This document shows positions 58,701-64,000 of a stretch of DNA of 64,000 nucleotides, piece by piece. The first letter of the stretch is position 1. The number at the start of each line of letters is the position of its first letter. Below the pieces are notes generated by a model, which did no database searches, was not told the DNA's origin, and was given only the letters and a program-made list of their open reading frames with translations. The position numbers and the translations under genes are program-made. The DNA is from Nemertoderma westbladi (Eukaryota; Animalia; Xenacoelomorpha): positions 1-64,000 of the forward strand of contig JAUCBJ010006685.1 of NCBI GenBank assembly GCA_032718475.1, given 5' to 3'.

Positions 58701-61700
58701 CCCAATAACTATATATTTCTCACGAACTACTTGCTTTACTTCCCCAATGACTATATATTTATCACGAACTACTTGCTTTACTTCCCCAATGACTATATAT
58801 TTATCACGAACTACTTGCTTTACTTCCCCAGGGACTATATATTTCTCACGAACTACTTGCTTTACTTCCCCAGGGACTATATATTTCTCACGAACTACTT
58901 GCTTTACTTCCCCAATGACTATATATTTATCACGAACTACTTGCTTTACTTCCCCAGGGACTATATATTTCTCACGAACTACTTGCTTTACTTCCCCAGG
59001 GACTATATATTTCTCACGAACTACTTGCTTTACTTCCCCAATGACTATATATTTCTCACGAACTACTTGCTTTACTTCCCCAGGGACTATATATTTCTCA
59101 CGAACTACTTGCTTTACTTCCCCAATGACTATATATTTCTCACGAACTCCTTGCTTTACTTCCCCAATAACTATATATTTCTCACGAACTACTTGCTTTA
59201 CTTCCCCAATGACTATATATTTATCACGAACTACTTGCTTTACTTCCCCAATGACTATATATTTATCACGAACTACTTGCTTTACTTCCCCAGGGACTAT
59301 ATATTTCTCACGAACTACTTGCTTTACTTCCCCAGGGACTATATATTTCTCACGAACTACTTGCTTTACTTCCCCAATGACTATATATTTCTCACGAACT
59401 ACTTGCTTTACTTCCCCAGGGACTATATATTTCTCACGAACTACTTGCTTTACTTCCCCAATGACTATATATTTCTCACGAACTCCTTGCTTTACTTCCC
59501 CAATAACTATATATTTCTCACGAACTACTTGCTTTACTTCCCCAATGACTATATATTTATCACGAACTACTTGCTTTACTTCCCCAATGACTATATATTT
59601 ATCACGAACTACTTGCTTTACTTCCCCAGGGACTATATATTTCTCACGAACTACTTGCTTTACTTCCCCAGGGACTATATATTTCTCACGAACTACTTGC
59701 TTTACTTCCCCAATGACTATATATTTATCACGAACTACTTGCTTTACTTCCCCAGGGACTATATATTTCTCACGAACTACTTGCTTTACTTCCCCAGGGA
59801 CTATATATTTCTCACGAACTACTTGCTTTACTTCCCCAATGACTATATATTTCTCACGAACTACTTGCTTTACTTCCCCAGGGACTATATATTTCTCACG
59901 AACTACTTGCTTTACTTCCCCAATGACTATATATTTCTCACGAACTCCTTGCTTTACTTCCCCAATAACTATATATTTCTCACGAACTACTTGCTTTACT
60001 TCCCCAATGACTATATATTTATCACGAACTACTTGCTTTACTTCCCCAATGACTATATATTTATCACGAACTACTTGCTTTACTTCCCCAGGGACTATAT
60101 ATTTCTCACGAACTACTTGCTTTACTTCCCCAGGGACTATATATTTCTCACGAACTACTTGCTTTACTTCCCCAATGACTATATATTTCTCACGAACTAC
60201 TTGCTTTACTTCCCCAGGGACTATATATTTCTCACGAACTACTTGCTTTACTTCCCCAATGACTATATATTTCTCACGAACTACTTGCTTTACTTCCCCA
60301 ATGACTATATATTTCTCACAAACTACTTGCTTTACTTCCCCAGGGACTAGATATTTCTCACGAACTACTTGCTTTACTTCCCCAATGACTATATATTTCT
60401 CACGAACTACTTGCTTTACTTCACCAATGACTATATATTTCTCACGAACTACTTGCTTTACTTCCCCAATGACTATATATTTCTCACGAACTACTTGCTT
60501 TACTTCCCCAATGACTATATATTTCTCACGAACTACTTGCTGTACTTCCCCAATGACTATATATTTCTCACGAACTACTTGCTTTACTTCCCCAATGACT
60601 ATATATTTCTCACGAACTACTTGCTGTACTTCAACAGGGACTATATATTTCTCACGAACTACTTGCTGTACTTCCCCAATGACTATTTATTTCTCACGAA
60701 CTACTTGCTTTACTTCCCCAATGACTATATATTTATCACGAACTACTTGCTGTACTTCCCCAATGACTATATATTTCTCACGAACTACTTGCTTTACTTC
60801 CCCAATGACTATATATTTATCACGAACTACTTGCTGTACTTCCCCAATGACTATATATTTATCACGAACTACTTGCTGTACTTCCCCAATGACTATATAT
60901 TTCTCACGAACTATTGCTTTACTTCCCCAGGGACTATATATTTATCACGAACTACTTGCTGTACTTCCCCAATGACTATATATTTCTCACGAACTACTTG
61001 CTGTACTTCCCCAATGACTATATATTTATCACGAACTACTTGCTGTACTTCCCCAATGACTATATATTTCTCACGAACTATTGCTTTACTTCCCCAGGGA
61101 CTATATATTTCTCACGAACTACTTGCTTTACTTCCCCAGGGACTATATATTTCTCACGAACTACTTGCTCTACTTCCCCAATGACTATATATTTCTCACG
61201 AACTACTTTCTCTACTTCCCCAATGACTATATATTTCTCACGAACTACTTGCTGTACTTCCCCAATGACTATATATTTCTCACGAACTACTTGCTTTACT
61301 TCCCCAATGACTATATATTTCTCACGAACTACTTTCTCTACTTCCCCAATGACTATATATTTATCACGAACTACTTGCTGTACTTCCCCAATGACTATAT
61401 ATTTCTCACGAACTACTTTCTCTACTTCCCCAATGACTATATATTTCTCACGAACTACTTGCTGTACTTCCCCAATGACTATATATTTCTCACGAACTAC
61501 TTTCTCTACTTCCCCAATGACTATATATTTCTCACGAACTACTTGCTGTACTTCCCCAATGACTATATATTTCTCACGAACTACTTGCTTTACTTCCCCA
61601 ATGACTATATATTTCTCACGAACTACTTGCTTTACTTCCCCAATGACTATATATTTCTCACGAACTACTTGCTTTACTTCCCCAATGACTATATATTTCT

Positions 61701-64000
61701 CACGAACTACTTGCTGTACTTCCCCAATAACTATATATTTCTCACGAACTACTTGCTGTACTTCAACAGGGACTAGATATTTCTCACGAACTACTTGCTT
61801 TACTTCCCCAATGACTATATATTTCTCACGAACTACTTGCTGTACTTCCCCAATGACTATATATTTCTCACGAACTACTTGCTGTACTTCCCCAATGACT
61901 ATATATTTCTCACGAACTACTTGCTTTACTTCCCCAGGGACTATATATTTCTCACGAACTACTTGCTTTACTTCCCCAATGACTATATATTTCTCACGAA
62001 CTACTTGCTGTACTTCCCCAATGACTATATATTTCTCACGAACTACTTGCTTTACTTCCCCAGGGACTATATATTTCTCACGAACTACTTGCTGTACTTC
62101 CCCAATGACTATATATTTCTCACGAACTACTTGCTTTACTTCCCCAGGGACTATATATTTCTCACGAACTACTTGCTGTACTTCCCCAGGGACTATATAT
62201 TTCTCACGAACTACTTGCTTTACTTCCCCAATGACTTTATATTTCTCACAAACTACTTGCTGTACTTCCCCAGGGACTATATATTTCTCACGAACTACTT
62301 GCTTTACTTCCCCAGGGACTATATATTTCTCACGAACTACTTGCTTTACTTCCCCAATGACTATATATTTCTCACGAACTACTTGCTTTACTTCCCTAAT
62401 GACTATATATTTCTCACGAACTACTTGCTGTACTTCAACAGGGACTAGATATTTCTCACGAACTACTTGCTTTACTTCCCCAATGACTATATATTTCTCA
62501 CGAACTACTTGCTTTACTTCCCCAATGACTATATATTTCTCACGAACTACTTGCTGTACTTCCCCAATTACTATATATTTCTCACGAACTACTTGCTTTA
62601 CTTTCCCAGGGACTATATATTTCTCACGAACTACTTGCTGTACTTCCCCAGGGACTATATATTTCTCACGAACTATTGCTTTACTTCCCCAATGACTATA
62701 TATTTCTCACGAACTATTGCTTTACTTCCCCAATGACTATATATTTCTCACGAACTACTTGCTGTACTTCCCCAGGGACTATATATTTCTCACGAACTAC
62801 TTGCTGTACTGCCCCAATGACTATATATTTCTCACGAACTACTTGCTGTACTTCTCAATGACTATATATTTCTCACAAACTAATTGCTTTACTTCCCCAT
62901 CGAGTATATATTTCTCACGAACTACTTGCTGTACTTCCCCAATGACTATATATTTCTCACGAACTACTTGCTTTACTTCCCCAATGACTATATATTTCTC
63001 ACGAACTACTTGCTGTACTTCCCCAATGACTATATATTTCTCACGAACTACTTGCTTTACTTCCCCAGGGACTATATATTTCTCACGAACTACTTGCTGT
63101 ACTTCCCCAGGGACTATATATTTCTCACGAACTACTTGCTGTACTTCCCCAGGGACTATATATTTCTCACGAACTACTTGCTTTACTTCCCCAATGACTA
63201 TATATTTCTCACGAACTACTTGCTGTACTTCAACAGGGACTAGATATTTCTCACGAACTACTTGCTTTACTTCCCCAGGGACTATATATTTCTCACGAAC
63301 TACTTGCTTTACTTCCCCAATGACTATATATTTCTCACGAACTACTTGCTGTACTTCCCCAGGGACTATATATTTCTCACGAACTACTTGCTCTACTTCA
63401 ACAGGGACTAGATATTTCTCACGAACTACTTGCTGTACTTCCCCAGGGACTATATATTTCTCACGAACTACTTGCTGTACTTCCCCAATGACTATATATT
63501 TCTCACGAACTACTTGCTGTACTTCTCCATGGACTATATATTTCTCACGAACTACTTGCTTTACTTCCCCAATGACTATATATTTCTCACGAACTACTTG
63601 CTGTACTTCCCCAGGGACTATATATTTCTCACGAACTACTTGCTGTACTTCCCCAGGGACTATATATTTCTCACGAACTACTTGCTGTACTTCCCCAGGG
63701 ACTATATATTTCTCACGAACTACTTGCTCTACTTCAACAGGGACTAGATATTTCTCACGAACTACTTGCTGTACTTCCCCAGGGACTATATATTTCTCAC
63801 GAACTACTTGCTGTACTTCCCCAGGGACTATATATTTCTCACGAACTACTTGCTCTACTTCAACAGGGACTAGATATTTCTCACGAACTACTTGCTGTAC
63901 TTCCCCAGGGACTATATATTTCTCACGAACTACTTGCTCTACTTCAACAGGGACTAGATATTTCTCACGAACTACTTGCTTTACTTCCCCAATGACTATA
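49720..64000. repeat. 42-bp tandem satellite (>14 kb, runs off the window) with variant domains and higher-order repeats
   Basis: Unit acttcccca(at/gg)gactatatattt(c/a)tcacgaactacttgct(t/g/c)t; all giant ORFs here are translations of the 14-codon unit. Confidence 0.98.
54068..54300. mobile_element. 233-bp insertion in the 42-bp satellite, with an internal 91-bp-period duplication
   Basis: Flanked by a putative TSD atatatt (54061-54067, 54301-54307); 54123-54210 repeats at 54214-54301. Confidence 0.7.

Noticed and set aside
49679-63747. Giant ORFs (up to 2198 aa) over the 42-bp array, and similar ones over the 48- and 51-bp arrays
   Set aside because: Unit lengths are multiples of 3 and several frames on both strands are open at once. 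Single-base indels switch frames freely, and there is no unique N- or C-terminal domain. These are satellite artefacts.

Overview
Repeat-dense eukaryotic genomic DNA, almost certainly from an animal and probably an invertebrate. The only host gene I can support is a perlecan/HSPG2-like gene on the + strand, with three phase-compatible exons (Ig domain, then laminin-G; 24588-24867, 25615-25909, 38111-38174) separated by introns swollen with repeats. Mobile elements: a truncated Polinton/Maverick-type pPolB fragment; a CRE-type RLE non-LTR retrotransposon with an N-terminal Ulp1/C48 protease, whose otherwise intact ~1310-aa ORF is split by an LTR element; two related young non-autonomous BEL/Pao-like LTR elements (A 6319-13463, minus; B 39948-46430, plus); a 5'-truncated Penelope-like element with a hammerhead ribozyme; three RTE copies; and CR1/L2, Helitron-like and hAT-like remnants. 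Large 48-, 51- and 42-bp satellites account for most long ORFs in the track, which are artefacts. The best lead is the pair of LTR elements. Neither has a tRNA primer-binding site. In each, the 9-10 nt after the 5' LTR are perfectly complementary to a homologous site inside its own LTR, and the two sequences co-vary between the elements, which suggests Tf1-style self-priming in a BEL/Pao-like lineage. Both also carry 3' arrays of short conserved hairpins in cytosine-poor spacers and a gag-only ORF with an Asn-rich insert. All assignments come from reading motifs by eye; no searches or folding programs were run.
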